DNA from: an uncultured Mycoplasma sp.
Lineage (GTDB): Bacteria; Bacillota_I; Bacilli_A; Mycoplasmatales; Metamycoplasmataceae
Length of the DNA stretch: 41,472 bases
Assembly (NCBI GenBank): GCA_947039385.1
Contig: CAMQYR010000001.1
Span: 1 to 41,472 of the forward strand
Reading direction: 5' to 3'
In this document: positions 1 through 12,115 of the stretch, piece by piece
Numbering within the stretch: the first letter of the stretch is position 1
How the letters are laid out: each line of letters opens with the position of its first letter
Translations under genes and position numbers: made by a program
The notes under the pieces: generated by a model
What the model was told of the DNA's origin: nothing
What the model saw: only the letters and a program-made list of their open reading frames with translations
Database searches by the model: none

Positions 1-48
1 CGAGATAATGAGCGGTGACTGGAGTTCAGACGTGTGCTCTTCCGATCT
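1..48. other. Illumina TruSeq P7/i7 adapter (sequencing artefact, not genomic)
   Basis: CGAGAT + 8-nt index AATGAGCG + GTGACTGGAGTTCAGACGTGTGCTCTTCCGATCT matches the TruSeq indexed adapter layout. Confidence 0.98.
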
Positions 49-203
49 TAAAGAAAACCATTGGGGTTAAATTTAACATTATCTCCCACTAAAGGATTTT
101 GTGATGTCTCACGTAAATTTCCTGAGCCTCTAGTTCGAAAAACTTCTCCATTTGATAAAACATCATAAAATCCTGCATTAATTTTAATAATTTGACCTAT
201 CAT
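49..203 (-). CDS. rsgA: Ribosome small subunit-dependent GTPase A, N-terminal fragment (cut by contig end/adapter)
   Basis: MIGQIIKINAGFYDV...RGSGNLR...PLVGDNV is the RsgA OB-fold start; conserved prpC-pknB-rsgA order. Confidence 0.85.
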
Positions 204-207
204 AAAA

Positions 208-1191
208 TTATTTATGAACACCCAAAACAACACCCAAAACAACACCCAAAACAACAATTACAAAAACGCAAATTATGATAAGAATAAATCATTTTGAATT
301 TACATTTTCCTGCCAATTTTTTTTCGGTTTTGCACTTTCAGTTAAATCAACTTTTTTTTCTGTTATTCTATTTTGATTTAAACATGTTGATAGATCTTGT
401 GACAATTGTCTCATAGATAGGTAACGATCTTCTTTTCTTTTTGCAGTCGCTCTGGCTACAACGTTTGCTAATGCTTGAGGAATTGATGGGAAAATTTGGT
501 TTACAGGTCTTATTTCTTCTTTTTTATGTTTTAATGCTGTTTCTAAAGCATCTTTTCCTTTGAATGGAGGTTCGCCAATTAACATTTCAAAAATCATAAT
601 TCCTAATGCATATACATCTGTTTGTGGCGTTGCATCTTCTTGGTTCACAATTTCAGGAGCCATATAATGAACAGAACCGATTACTCTTCCTGTTTGTGTG
701 TATCTTGCTGAATCTTCACTTATTGCTATACCAAAATCAATTATTTTAACTTCTCCTAATGTAGAAATCATAATATTAGATGTTTTTAAGTCTCTGTGAA
801 TAATATTTTGAGCATGTATTTCAGCAAAACCCTTTGCAATTTGTATGGCAAAATTAACAGTTTCATCAACATTTAATCTACCTTGCTCTTCGATATAATC
901 TTTTAGCATTTTACCTTCAACATATTCCATTACAAGATATTGTGTTTCACTGGTATAACTTCCTTCATAGAATTTAACAACATATGGAGATGAAATAAAT
1001 TTAGCTAACCTAAGTTCTTCTTTAAATCTATTTTTGTTTGTTAATGGCATATTTACATCATTTAACAATGTTTTAATTGCAACTTTTTGTCCAGTTTCTT
1101 TATTTAATGCAAGATAAACTTTGGCCATACCTCCCGAACCCACTTCACGTAATATTTCATATTTAGATGGTAAATTTGGTATTTTAGACAT
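208..1191 (-). CDS. pknB: Hanks-type Ser/Thr protein kinase (PknB/PrkC) with C-terminal TM helix, no PASTA domains
   Basis: GSGGMAKVY, VAIK, HRDLKTSN, DFG, GSVHYMAPE; reading TGA at 289-291 as Trp extends it through WFILIIICVFVIVVLGVVLGVVLGVHK to TAA at 208-210. Confidence 0.95.
217..255. repeat. 12-bp tandem repeat (AACACCCAAAAC)x3 encoding VVLG x3 in the kinase TM helix
   Basis: Directly visible tandem copies. Confidence 0.9.
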
Positions 1192-1193
1192 TT

Positions 1194-1922
1194 TTACTCC
1201 ATTTCTAACATAATAATTGTAAGATTATCTGTTGATTCTCCCATAATTGCTTGTTTAATAAGTTTATCTGTTTTTTCTGTAAAACTTTCATTTCCAGAAA
1301 CAATCATCTCAAAATTTGGTTTTGTAATATAATCATGTATTCCATCAGAAGTTAAAATAATAGTTCTTTTATCGTCTGAATTTTCAACAGTAAAAGCTTC
1401 AATATTTGTTTTTTTATTTGGACCTAATGCAGAAGTTAAAGCTGCAGCACCAGGGAGTTTTGAAGCTTTAAATTCTGACATTTTTTCTTCAATAATATAA
1501 TAATTCATTAAATTATGATCAACAGTTATTTGGTGCAATAAACCATCAAAAATATAAGTTCTTGAATCTCCAATGTTAAAAATAAAGATATCATTAGTAT
1601 CTTTATAAATGATAGCTGCAGTTACAGTTGTACCCATGTCTTTCTTTTTTTCATCATCTCCTGCCTCTTTAATCATATTATTTTTACAATGTTTAATGGT
1701 GTTTTTGAATCAGTCAAAAATTTTAGATTTATCTATTGGAACTGATTCTATTTCTTTTTCAAAAGTATTAATAGTTATTGATGCGGCTAAAGAACCACCG
1801 TAGTGTCCACCCATACCGTCACAAAGTAAAGCTAAAACGACAATGTTGTTGTTGATAACCGTTGCTCTATCTTGATTTTCCTCTCTAATAACACCAATGT
1901 TTGAATTAATTTTATAGTTCAT
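1194..1922 (-). CDS. prpC: PP2C-family Ser/Thr phosphatase PrpC/Stp1
   Basis: REENQD, LCDGMGGH, MGTT, NIGDSR, TSDG, DNLT; two ORF fragments joined across TGA at 1710. Confidence 0.95.
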
Positions 1923-2490
1923 ATGTTTTCTCCTTTATGATTTCCATGATTTCGTTCACAGAATTTGATAAATTATTATTACTAATTATAAACTTAAAAT
2001 TGTTTGCTTGTTGAATTTCTTTTTTAGCTTTTAATAGTCTTTTCTCAATGGACTCATCATTTTCAGAATTTCTTTGCCTAATTCTTTGCTCTAAAACTTG
2101 CAAATTAGGTGGCTTAATAAATATTGATATAAATTCATTATTATTTTTTTCTTTTAATTCCTTTATTATATTAATTGCACCCACTGTGTCTACTTCAATG
2201 AGAACATTCCTTCCATCCATTAATAATTTATTTACTTCAGAGTTTAAGGTTCCATAATAATTATCAAAGTGCTTCGAATATTCCAAAAATTCACCATTAA
2301 TAATTTTTTTTTCAAATTCAACTTCATTTGTAAAAAAATAATGTTTCCCTTCAATTTCACCATCTCTCTTTAATCTTGTAGTCATTGAGCAAGAAAGAGC
2401 TAAATTCAATTCCTTTATTTGGAAAAGATGTTTTTCAATTGTACCTTTGCCAACGCCTGAAGGACCTGTAATGATAATTATTTTACTCAT
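1912..2490 (-). CDS. gmk: Guanylate kinase
   Basis: GPSGVGKGT P-loop, TTR..R.GE..G..Y.F, YYGT motifs. Confidence 0.97.
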   Translation of the reverse strand: MSKIIIITGPSGVGKGTIEKHLFQIKELNLALSCSMTTRLKRDGEIEGKHYFFTNEVEFEKKIINGEFLEYSKHFDNYYGTLNSEVNKLLMDGRNVLIEVDTVGAINIIKELKEKNNNEFISIFIKPPNLQVLEQRIRQRNSENDESIEKRLLKAKKEIQQANNFKFIISNNNLSNSVNEIMEIIKEKTYEL

Positions 2491-2618
2491 ATTTATACAA
2501 CAAATTATATATTAATATTAACAAATAAAAACACACATTAACTCTATTTCTTTAATAATTATTTTTAACTTATAAATTATTATTTAAAATAGATACTTTT
2601 TTTAAGTATTATTTAAAT

Positions 2619-4754
2619 ATGATTTCATTGAATGGCAAATTTATAAGATACATTTATCAAAATGTTGAAAATAATTTTTCTGTAGCTCTTTTTAAATTAG
2701 GAGCAGAGCAAAGTGATGAAATATCTCAAAATATACTTTCCTTTAAAAATATTGTTATTTCAATAAAAGGAATTGAAATAACAATAAATAAACCTTGTAA
2801 AATACAAGTTTCTAAATCAAAAAGTTTAAAATATAAAGATAGTTTTGAATTAAATTTAGTTGAAAAACAAATCGTTGATTCCACTGTTTCAGCAATTGAC
2901 TATTTGTCTTCTAAAAAATTTTCATCTATTACAAAAACCATTGCCAAAAAAATAATTGACAAATTAGGTTTCGATTTTTTAAAAGAACCAGAAAAAAACA
3001 TGTATGATTTATCGAAAATTGTTTCTGAAAAAAAAGCTGAATTGATTATTGGTCAAATTAATTCTGAAAAAATTTATCACAAAGTTTTAGAAATATTTAC
3101 CAAGAATGATTTATCAATTAGACTTTTATATTTAATTGAAAAAAAATATAAAAATGATGATTTATTAAATTTTTTGGAGAATGATGTTTATTCCATTTTA
3201 GAGTGGAATGAAGGGGTTAATTTTTTTGATGTAGATAATGTTGCAAAAGTATTTCTGAAAGAATTTTCACAAGAAATTAGAATAGAAAGATATATTTATT
3301 GATCATTACTAAATTTATCGTTTTCAGAAGGGTCCACAATATTTGAAATAAAAGGGTTATATTTTTCAATTGCAAAAACATTCGGAATAAGTAAAGAAAA
3401 TTTTTTATCTGGCGTTAAAAGACTAATAAATAAAGGATTTGTTATTGTTTCAGAAGACAAAAAATCAATAACGGCTGTGTCGATTTATGAGAAAGAAAAA
3501 TATATATCTAAAAGATTGAAAGAAATGAAAAAGATAACTCCAACTCAACATTCAAACAATGAAAATTATAATGATATTGATGATATCCAAAATGCAGCAC
3601 TTAGATATGCATTAAATAATTCATTAACAATTATCTCCGGTTATCCTGGTACAGGGAAAACAACACTTGTAGATAAACTAGTAAAAAGCTTAAGTACTAC
3701 AGAACCCAATACTTTTAATTTATTAGCTCCAACAGGGAAAGCTGCTTATCAAATATTTCTTAAAACAAATTACAAAGCAAGAACAATTCATTCTTTTCTT
3801 GGGATGAAGAAAGGTAGTAATTTTTTTAGAATTAATGAGCAAAATCCATCAAACGTTAAAACTTTAATTATTGATGAATTTTCAATGATAAATATTGATT
3901 TATTTTATTCACTATTAGTGGGTTGTCCTTATGTAGAAAGATTAATTTTAATTGGCGATAAAAATCAACTTCCTTCAATTGGTGCTGGTTATTTACTAAA
4001 TGATATTATAAGTTCTGGGCAATTTAAAACATTTTTATTAAAAAAAATTTATCGACAGGAAGTGGGTTCTTCAATAATTCAAACGGCTCTTGTGATAAAT
4101 AAACAACAAGTTCCAAGGTTCAATAATAATGACTCAATGTTTATTCAAGATACTGAGAAAAATGCAATGAATAAAATTTTGGACAAAATAGATTTATTTA
4201 TAAAAGAAAAAGTCAAATTAAATGATTATCAAATATTAGTACCAATGTATGCAGGAGAATGTGGAATTGACAATTTAAACATTTTAATACAAAAAAAATA
4301 TTCAAAAAATAAAGATTACATTACAATTAGAAAAAATACATTTTATATTGGAGACAAAGTTATTCAAATTGAAAATGACAATGATGCAAATGTTTTTAAT
4401 GGTGAAATAGGATATATTGAAAAAATTAATAATAATGGTAAAAAGCAAGAAATTACAGTTCATTTTGAGGATGGAAAATTAATAAAATATACATCTTCAA
4501 ATTTTATTAAAAATATAAAATTAGCATATGCAATTTCTATTCACAAGTTTCAAGGAAGTGAGTCAAAAAACATAATTTTGGTTATTTACTATTCACATTA
4601 TGTTTTATTAAGTAAAAAACTTTTATATACTGCGGTTACAAGAGCAGTAGAAAATTTATTTATTTTTGGTGAAATGAGAGCAATCGAAGCATGTGTAAAT
4701 AAGGATGACGATTCAAAAAGACTAGGAAACATTTTGCAACTTTTATCTAAATAA
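2619..4754 (+). CDS. recD2: RecD2-like SF1B DNA helicase
   Basis: GYPGTGKTT, LAPTGKAA, TIHS, IIDEFSM, GDKNQLPSIGAG, YRQ, AYAISIHKFQGSE, LLYTAVTRA; N-terminal part joined in frame via TGA. Confidence 0.9.
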
Positions 4755-4773
4755 AATGTTGTATAATTTTAAT

Positions 4774-5328
4774 ATGAAAATAATTATTGGACTAGGTAAT
4801 CCGGGCGTTGAATATGTCAATACAAGACACAACATTGGATTTCAAATTATTAATCAAATATGTGAGATATCTAAAATAACATTAAATTTAAATAAATTTG
4901 GTGGAATTTTTTTTGTTGAAAAAGACGTTATTTTTGCAAAACCACAAACATTTATGAATAATAGTGGAACTTTCTTGAAAGACATAATCAATTTTTATAA
5001 GATTAAGATTGAAAACATTTTGGTTATTTTGGATGATTTAGATTCCGAGATTGGTCAAGCAAAAATAAAAACTGTAGGTTCATCTGGCGGACATAATGGA
5101 ATGAAAGATATTATTAATAAATTGGGAACAGACGAAATAAAAAGATTAAAAATTGGAATTGGAAGACCAGAAAATTCAGAAGACATCACTAAATATGTTT
5201 TGTCTAAAATACCAAAATCAGATGCTTTAATTTTGGACAAAGTTAAAAAACAAGCAGTTAAAGCGGCTTTAAGTTTTGTTTATAATGATGTAAGATTGGT
5301 TGTAAATAGTTTTAATGGAAAAAAATAA
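4774..5328 (+). CDS. pth: Peptidyl-tRNA hydrolase
   Basis: IIGLGNPG..Y..TRHNIGF, KPQTFMNNSG, GGHNGMK, RLKIGIGRP. Confidence 0.97.
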   Translation: MKIIIGLGNPGVEYVNTRHNIGFQIINQICEISKITLNLNKFGGIFFVEKDVIFAKPQTFMNNSGTFLKDIINFYKIKIENILVILDDLDSEIGQAKIKTVGSSGGHNGMKDIINKLGTDEIKRLKIGIGRPENSEDITKYVLSKIPKSDALILDKVKKQAVKAALSFVYNDVRLVVNSFNGKK

Positions 5329-6187
5329 TAAGTTGATTGCCGTAAGTGGAGGGGTTGACTCAATGTTTTTGCTTAGTCAATATAAAAATAAAAATAATAT
5401 TATAGTAGCTTATGTTAATTACAATGTGCGCGAAGATGCAATGATAGATCAAAAAATTGTTACAAATTTTTGCAATGATAATAACTTGAAATTAGAAATT
5501 CTTTCAATTCACGAAAAACATAAAGGTAATTTTCAAGAATGGGCTAGAAAAAAGAGATACACTTTTTTCAAGACTATTTATGATTTGTATGATTGTGATC
5601 AATTAATAATTGCCCAGCATAAAGATGATTTTATAGAGAGCGCCATTATGCAATGAAGATTTCATAGAAACCCTTATTTATTTGGAATAAATAAAAAAAA
5701 TAAAATTTTTGGAATGAATATTTGCAGACCAATTCTTTTTAAATATTGAAAATATGAAATTTATGAAATAGCTATTAAAAATAAAATACCATTTAATGAT
5801 GATTACACTAATTTTACAAGTAATTATACTAGAAATAGAATTAGAAAAGAGTTTTCTCAATTTCCAAAAGGGCTAAAGGAAATTTTATTAAAATCATTTC
5901 AAATCATTAATATTCAAAAAAGCATAAATAAGATAAATATTATTAAAAAATATTTTGAATGATTTAATTCATCATTCAAAATTGACTTTCTTTTAGAAAA
6001 TAATAATTGTGCAAAAGATTTGATTTTCAAATATTTGATTGAAAATTATGACGAAAAGATTAATATAAGTTCTAATATATTAGAATCAATTTATGTTTTT
6101 TTAACTTGCAAAAATGGGAATAAAACTTTTATGTTATCTAACAATAATAAAATAATCAAATTTAACAATAATGTAATAAATAAATAA
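5315..6187 (+). CDS. tilS: tRNA(Ile)-lysidine synthetase
   Basis: AVSGGVDSM PP-loop, AR..RY, AQHKDD..ES, RP, RNRIR after TGA readthrough; pth-tilS-ftsH synteny. Confidence 0.93.
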
Positions 6188-6250
6188 AAATCATTTATAA
6201 TTATTAATAATTGTTTATTAAATTAAAACTAAAACTAAAGGAAATCATTT

Positions 6251-8440
6251 ATGAATGAAAATAAGAAAGATAGAACTCCAAAAAAGAAAAACTGATTTTT
6301 AATAATATCAATTTTAATTATTTTAGCTTTATTTGGGTTTTTAATGTACACACTTTTTAATCCTAAACCTGAGGTAATATCGTATAGTGATTTTCTTGCG
6401 AAGTTAGAAAAAGCCAGTGAATCCTCTACAGATGGTGATTATTTTAAAAGTATAACAGTCATTGATTATGAAAGACTTATTCATGCAACATATATTACTG
6501 ATAAGGGAGTTCAACAAAATTTTGCTATTGGTATGGTTGGAGAACCTTCAACCGAATTGATAAACTTATTTAATGGTGCAATTAAGAATACAGGTGGTGC
6601 AGGTGGTGATGGTACTTGAACTGGACAAGCGGTAGCAAAACAAAGCTTGTTTGTTAGTTTCTTATTTTCTTTTGGACCAATATTACTTATTCTTCTTGTT
6701 ACATTCTTTATATATAGATCTCAAATGAAGGGTGGAGCCGGAGGAATGTTTAATCCAGGTAAAAACCAAGCAGAAAAAATTAAATCCAATAAAAAATTTA
6801 CTGATATTGCTGGAAATATTGAGGCTAAAGAAGAAGTTTTTGAATTAGTAGATTATTTAAAAAATCCGAAAAAATATTCTAGTGTAGGTGCAAGAATTCC
6901 AAAAGGAATATTGTTAGGAGGTCCTCCAGGAACTGGTAAAACACTTATTGCCAAAGCTACAGCCGGTGAAGCAAATGTTCCCTTTTACTTTATATCAGCA
7001 TCTAATTTTGTTGAAATGTTTGTTGGTGTTGGTGCTAAAAGAGTGAGAGAAATGTTTAAGGAAGCTCGTAAAAATGCTCCTGCAATTATTTTTATTGATG
7101 AACTTGATGCCGTCGGTAGAAGTAGAGGTGCTGGAATGGGTGGAGGTAATGATGAAAGAGAACAAACTCTAAATCAATTGCTTGTTGAAATGGATGGAAT
7201 TACTGAAAATGGTGGAATTTTGATTATGGCAGCTACAAATCGTCCAGATGTTCTTGATCCCGCATTATTAAGACCCGGAAGGTTTGACAGAATAATAACT
7301 GTTGGATTACCAGATATCAAAGAGCGAGAAGACATTTTAAGGTTGCATGCAAAAGGGAAAAGAATAGATAAACATATTTCATTTGAAGGTATTGCTAAAA
7401 GAACTCCCGGTTACTCTGGTGCTCAATTAGAAAATGTAATCAATGAAGCATCTCTATTGTCTGTTAGAGAAAATACTGGCATTATAAATGTTGACCAAAT
7501 TGATGAAGCTATTGATAGAGTTATGTCTGGTCCTGCTAAAAAGAATAGAACTATCTCTAAAGAAGAATTAGAAATGGTTGCTTATCATGAAGCCGGTCAT
7601 GCTGTTGTAGGACTTACAATTCCAGGAGGAAACAAAGTTCAAAAAATTACTATAATTCCTCGTGGAGAAGCTGGTGGTTATAACTTAATGATTCCTGAAA
7701 AGGAAAAATATTATTCATCAAAATCTGATTTAGAAGCATCAATTAAATCATTTATGGGTGGTAGAGCTGCCGAAGAAATCATTTATGGAAAAGAAAAAAT
7801 TTCCAATGGTGCAAGTGATGATTTTTCTAAGGCAACAAATATTGCTAGAAAAATGGTAACTGAATGAGGTATGTCAAAAACATTAGGTCCAATTAAATAT
7901 GAAGAAGCAGGAGGAAGTCCGTTTTTAGGTAGAGATTATAATAATAAAACTCAATCATTTTCGGATTCTATAGCTCTTGAAATAGATACTGAAATTAAAT
8001 CAATCATTGAAGATGCGCAAAAAGTTGCCTTAAAAGTGATTAAACAAAACATGGTCTTATTAGAATTGATTAAGACATCACTTTTAGAAAACGAAACAAT
8101 TGTCTCCGAAGAAATTGAATATATTGCAAAACATTTAAAATTACCTCCCAAAAAAGAAAAAGCAAAACCAAATGAAGAATCAACTTCCAGCGAAGTAGAT
8201 TTAGATAATTTGATTAATGAAGTTGAGGTTGTAGAAAATGAAGTTGAGGTTGTAGAAAATGAAGTTGAGGTTGTAGAAAATTATCAAAATTATCAAAATT
8301 ATTCTAATGAGGAATCAACTTCCAGCGAAGCTAATGTAGATAACCAAGTTGAAGTTGAAGCTAATGATGTAAAAAAAATTCCAAAACCAAAACCCAAAAA
8401 AACAAAAACAAAAAAAGACCTTGATGTTAATAATAATTAA
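6251..8440 (+). CDS. ftsH: ATP-dependent zinc metalloprotease FtsH
   Basis: Two N-terminal TMs, [39 protein letters not shown]; fragments joined across TGA codons. Confidence 0.97.
8171..8329 (+). repeat. Nested in-frame repeats in FtsH C-tail: (NEVEVVE)x3 21-bp, (NYQ)x~3 9-bp, flanked by duplicated NEESTSSE
   Basis: AATGAAGTTGAGGTTGTAGAA x3 at 8216-8278; AATTATCAA repeats at 8279-8302; GAATCAACTTCCAGCGAAG present twice. Confidence 0.9.
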
Positions 8441-8498
8441 TATTGAAGAAAATTAAGAATTAAAATAAATTTTTTAATCTTATGAAAATAAGTTTTTT

Positions 8499-9689
8499 TT
8501 ATTTAATTAATTCAAATATATCATCACCAATATTAGATTTATCAACACCAAAATTAGTTGCAACAATATTGCCGAGAGTTGCAAGACCATTTAAATCATT
8601 TAATCTTTTTGGTTTTCCTTTGAAAGATTTTGAATAAATGGTTGCAGGTAGATTTTCTCTTGTGTGATCAGTACCTCTAAAGGTAGGATCATTTCCGTGA
8701 TCTGAAGTAATAATTAGTAAATCATCATTATTCATTGCATTAATTAATTTTGAAAGTTTAATATCAAATTTGTTAATATTTTTTGCATATCCTTCAACAT
8801 CTCTGCGATGACCATAATGTGAGTCAAATTGAACAAGATTTAAAAAAATAAATTCGTTATTTGTTTTTTTTGTGGTCAAATCAATCAGAATATCCATTCC
8901 GTCTTCATCTCCTTGAGAAGGAAAGTTTATACTAATTCCTTGGCCAGAAAAAATATCATTTATTTTTCCTATTCCGGTAATCTTAATATCTTCATTATAC
9001 AAAGAAGTTAAGATGTTGTTTTTTGGTGGTAAAACAGCATAGTCATGTCTATTAAATGTTCTAACCCATTTTCCAGCAGATCCAATATATGGTCTTGCAA
9101 TAATTCTTCCAACATTTCACTCTTTTTTGGATGAGCATATTTTTCTAGCAGCTTCTGCATAACGATATAAAGTTTCAAGTCCCATATATTTTTCATGACC
9201 ACATATTTGCAATGTTGAATCTGCCGAAGTGTAAACAATAACAGAGTTATTATCAATTTGTTTTTGTGCGAGTTGATCAAGAATTATAGTTCCACTTATT
9301 GCAATATTACCTATTATTTCTTTTCCATCAAATGCTTTTGAAAGTTCACTAATTAATTCTTTTGGAAACCCATTTTTGGTGAATGTAGGAAATGGAAATT
9401 TTGTTTCAATTCCCATCATTTCTCAGTGCCCTGTTAAAGTATCTTTACCATTAGAAATTTCGGTAATTCTAGCTGTGTAAGCTAATTGTTTATGTATTTT
9501 CCCGGGATTATGTATTTTTGCAATAGAAGTTATTCCTAGTTTTTTTCATGTAGGTATTTCTAAAGAAAATTTTTCTGAAACATGCAAAAGAGTGTTTGCA
9601 CCCTCATCATTAAATTCCTTTTGTCTTTCATCACCGCCAATTCCAAGCGAATCCGTTACTACCATTAATATTCTGTTATATTTTCTCAT
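8499..9689 (-). CDS. deoB: Phosphopentomutase
   Basis: VVTDSLGIG, GKDTLTGHW, YTSADS, GRIIARPY, FDSHYGHRRD, TSDHGNDPT..GTDHTRE; continuous frame with TGA=Trp. Confidence 0.95.
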
Positions 9690-9994
9690 TTTTCTTCTTT
9701 CGATTTTAAATATGTATTTATTATTTATAAAAATGATATATTAAAAATTGGAACTAATGGATAAAAAATATAGAGTCTGTTTTACTCAATAATTATAGTT
9801 GCTAATATTTTATATTGACTTATCTTAAATTAATGGTAAAAAAATAATCAAAGTTAAAACTAATTATGCTATAAATCAATCTAAAAATATATAGAAGACT
9901 TGTTTTAAAATAACATTTATTTGGAATGTGCAGTAGAACAATAACAACATTAGAGTGTACCCATATCTAAAAAAAGTTAGTTCAAAATTTAAAA

Positions 9995-10666
9995 TTAAAT
10001 ACTAAATTCTTTTGATTCACCTGGTAAAATATTGAATTTTTCCAAATAAAATTCGCCAATTTTGATTCTATTAAGTTTAATTACCTCATTGCCAATCAAT
10101 TTAAAAATTCTTTTAATTTGATGATATTTTCCTTCAGTTAAGGTGATATTGCATTTGTTATTATTAATTTTGTTAATTTTAATAGGTTTTAACTTCTTTC
10201 CATCTAAAAACAACTCTGAATTAATTTTTTTAATCATTAAATCTGTAAGTGGTTTTTTTAATGAAACTTCATATTCTTTTTCAATATTTGATTTTGGTGA
10301 TTTTAATTTATGAGATCATTCACCATTATTGGTTAGAATAATAAGTCCTGATGTGTCCTTATCCAACCTACCTACAATATGTAGATGAACACCATTATAT
10401 TTTGGGATAATATCCATAACTGTTTGATATAAATTGTCTTTTGTGGCACTAACATAACCAATTGGTTTGTTTAATGCAATATAAATAAATTCCTTGTAAA
10501 TAATTATATTATTGTTAATTGTTATTCTATCTGAATGAGGATTAACAATAAAACCAATGTCTTTTATAAGCTTTCCATTAATTAGAATATTTTCATTTTT
10601 AATTATAATTTTTGACTCATTCCTTGTGACAAAATTTTGTGATGATATAAATTTATCTAATCTCAT
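9995..10666 (-). CDS. rsuA: RsuA-family pseudouridine synthase
   Basis: MRLDKF S4 domain, LNKPIGYVS, VGRLDKDTSGL, LTEGKYHQIKR. Confidence 0.9.
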
Positions 10667-10772
10667 TTTTAAATTATAACTATATTTTAGAAAATTCAAG
10701 GAAAATTAGTTATGTAAAATTAAACAAAAAATAGAAGTAGTATAATTTAAAAAAAGTTAAAAAATTATTTTT

Positions 10773-11177
10773 TTACAAAAGTATTGTTTTTAGATATGAA
10801 AATAATTCTATAAACTTCTTGGGCACTATTATGTTAGATTTAGAAGTAGTTGGTTCAGGAGGATTAACAGAATTAACTGCCATAAAAAATATTGCACACA
10901 ATATCGAAATAATATCAAGCATCAAGAAAAAAGGCACTTTATTTTTTAACCAAAATTTTCTAAAACCCTTTGATTCTTCTATAGTTTCTTTTGGGGTAGG
11001 ATGAACAAAAGAAAAATATGAATATATACATGAAACAATAAAAATAACAATAAAAATAGAACCAAAAATATAATAGGCCCAATGATTACCCAAACCCTTA
11101 AATATATTTTCTCAACTACCAATAGAAACATCAACACTTTTCATTTGATTACTTTTAATTAATTCACTAATGTTCAT
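10773..11177 (-). CDS. Hypothetical membrane protein (2 TM, 134 aa)
   Basis: Frame extends to ATG at 11177 through TGA; two hydrophobic stretches. Confidence 0.7.
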
Positions 11178-11229
11178 ATTAACATTATATATGTGTTTTA
11201 ATACTATTGCATAAAATAAATGAAGTTAG

Positions 11230-11238
11230 TGGTATAAT
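11230..11238 (+). promoter_or_regulatory. Extended -10 promoter (TGnTATAAT)
   Basis: TGGTATAAT about 65 bp upstream of ATG 11304, which has an AAGGA RBS. Confidence 0.55.
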
Positions 11239-11303
11239 TTAACTAAGCATATTTACTTTATTAGTAAGTGTGCCCAAAATTTAAAGTATAGTAAAAGGAT
11301 TTT

Positions 11304-11960
11304 ATGAAAATAAATTTAAAAAAAACTTTAGTTGTTTCTAAAATAGTTTCTGCATCAGTAATGGTGTTAGGATTATCATTTTTTATTGTGGGTGGGTATG
11401 GGAATAAAATTACTTCCTTACCTCAAATACAAAATTCAGGATATTTTGGTGTAAATTCATCTTTTCATAATGAATGAACAAATGAAAAAAATACAAAAAC
11501 AAAATATGTTAATGCTTTAATAGAAGATTTGAAAAAACCTTCTAAGGATAATGTAAAAACACTTAAAGAAGAAAATATTAAACTAGAAGGTGAATTAAAA
11601 GTAAAAAAAGATGGGTTAAAACCATTTGTTAAAGTTGTAGATGATTCTTTAAAAAAATTTAATGAAGATAGAACTGATAAAAATAAAGATGCCTGAGATA
11701 ACGCAAAGGCTAGTCTTGAACTTGAAAAACAAAAAATAGGAACTAAAGAAATTGATAAAATAAAAGTAAATAATGATAAGATTTCAAAAATAACTCAATC
11801 AAATTCTGATATTAATTATCTAAATAACTATAAAATTTGAAGTGGTTTATTTATTTCTGGTTCAACATTATTGTCTATTGGTGCTATTGTGCTAATTGGT
11901 TCTATTGGTTATTCTGTATTTTTAAAAAAACAAATGAATAATAAGAAAGAAAACAATTAA
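11304..11960 (+). CDS. Hypothetical membrane protein, N- and C-terminal TM helices around a charged coiled-coil-like loop (218 aa; absent from the ORF track)
   Basis: Manually translated with three TGA=Trp codons; AAGGA RBS; MKINLKKTLVVSKIVSASVMVLGLSFFIVGG...GLFISGSTLLSIGAIVLIGSIGYSVF. Confidence 0.8.
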
Positions 11961-12115
11961 ATTTATGTATGGATTAATTCATCATAAAAGAGAAAGAGAT
12001 TCTATTTTTTAGATAACTTTCCAAACATCTCATCTTCTTCTAATTTTTGAATAAGTTGAGTTACAATATAAATATAAATTTATATATTAATATATATAAA
12101 AAAAGAAAGGGAATT

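Noticed and set aside
204..257. MLFWVLFWVLFWVF N-terminal extension of RsgA in the ORF track
   Set aside because: Alternative-frame reading of the 12-bp repeat inside pknB; RsgA similarity starts at ATG 203.
8216..8302. CRISPR-like direct repeats
   Set aside because: Head-to-tail repeats without spacers, in frame within ftsH; no cas genes in the window.
9008..9280. Separate 90-aa ORF or frameshift in deoB
   Set aside because: The deoB frame is continuous through TGA at 9117; this ORF is an overlapping shadow frame.
11961..12115. Antiterminator (RAT) or riboswitch in the ptsG leader
   Set aside because: Only a weak imperfect purine/pyrimidine complementarity; no RAT consensus and no antiterminator gene in the window.
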